NCBI RefSeq assembly: GCF_021028975.2
Contig: NC_059437.1
Coordinates: 53,072,001-53,136,000 of the forward strand
DNA from: Sphaerodactylus townsendi
Taxonomy: Eukaryota
DNA: 64,000 nt
Direction: 5' to 3'
Part shown: positions 63,383 to 64,000 of the stretch, piece after piece
How the letters are laid out: each line of letters starts with the position of its first letter
How positions within the stretch are numbered: position 1 is the first letter of the stretch
The notes under the pieces: generated by a model
What the model saw: the letters and a program-made list of their open reading frames with translations, nothing else
What the model was told of the DNA's origin: nothing
The model's database searches: none
Made by a program: the position numbers and the translations under genes

Positions 63383-64000
63383 AATTTAATGGATGGTTTT
63401 TGTTTTAAGCCACAAGGTTCCAGCAGACTATAAGGGTATAGTTGAGGGAGGATCCCCCTCCATTATGAAACCCTGTGGCTGCTAGCACGTTTTCTTTTGA
63501 CCTTTCTTCTCCTTGGTGGCATTTTCTTGCCAAATGTCGAAAAGGAAGGGAAGCAAAACTTAAGTCCTATAGTCCTGTGGTGTGGCAGATGCTGTTCATG
63601 GCACCAGGTGGGCTGCCTGGAGCAGGGGGATGGTCTGGGCCTCCTTTTTCTTGCCAAGTTGTAGTCTCCTGTAGCTGTCCGCATTTTGAAGCAGTAACTG
63701 TTCATTGCTCCATCACTGGGAAAAGAGTCGAATGGAGCAAGCCATTGAGGAGCAGCCTGGAGCACTGAAGGAAGACTGCAGAGACCTGGGTTCAAATCCA
63801 CACTGCATACTCTCTCCACCTAACCTACCACACAAGGTTGGTGTGCAGATGAAATGAGGAAAGGGAGAACCATCTGTTCTGTCCTGAACTGCTTGAAAGT
63901 GGAGGAGGGTGAAAATGAGAGAGAGGCTGCACATCTCGTCGATGCCTGTTTTCAGTGCAGAAAATCTGATGTCCTAAAAAATATACATACTAAACTTAAA

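Overview
Vertebrate genomic DNA from a squamate reptile, probably a gecko, judged from its SINE, CR1, Penelope and hAT repeat families. The gene order matches the conserved ATP6V0A2-TCTN2-GTF2H3-EIF2B1 block (human 12q24.31). Exons were reconstructed by hand: ATP6V0A2 exons 1-17 (minus, runs off the left edge), complete TCTN2 (18 exons, minus, 679 aa), complete GTF2H3 (13 exons, minus, 308 aa) and EIF2B1 exons 1-8 (plus, runs off the right edge). The main surprise is an extra spliced plus-strand gene of about 184-190 aa between TCTN2 and GTF2H3. It has an N-terminal coiled coil and lies head-to-head with TCTN2 across a near-consensus RFX X-box, so it is a candidate uncharacterised ciliary/flagellar gene. 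Other points of note: an intact minimal hammerhead-ribozyme motif in a palindromic Penelope-derived insertion; a 75-bp duplicate of the ATP6V0A2 exon-10 splice acceptor; a U12-type intron in GTF2H3; two GC-AG introns in EIF2B1; telomeric TTAGGG blocks inside a hAT MITE; and a SPIN-type MITE. There are two assembly gaps. No database searches were run; family assignments come from recalled knowledge.
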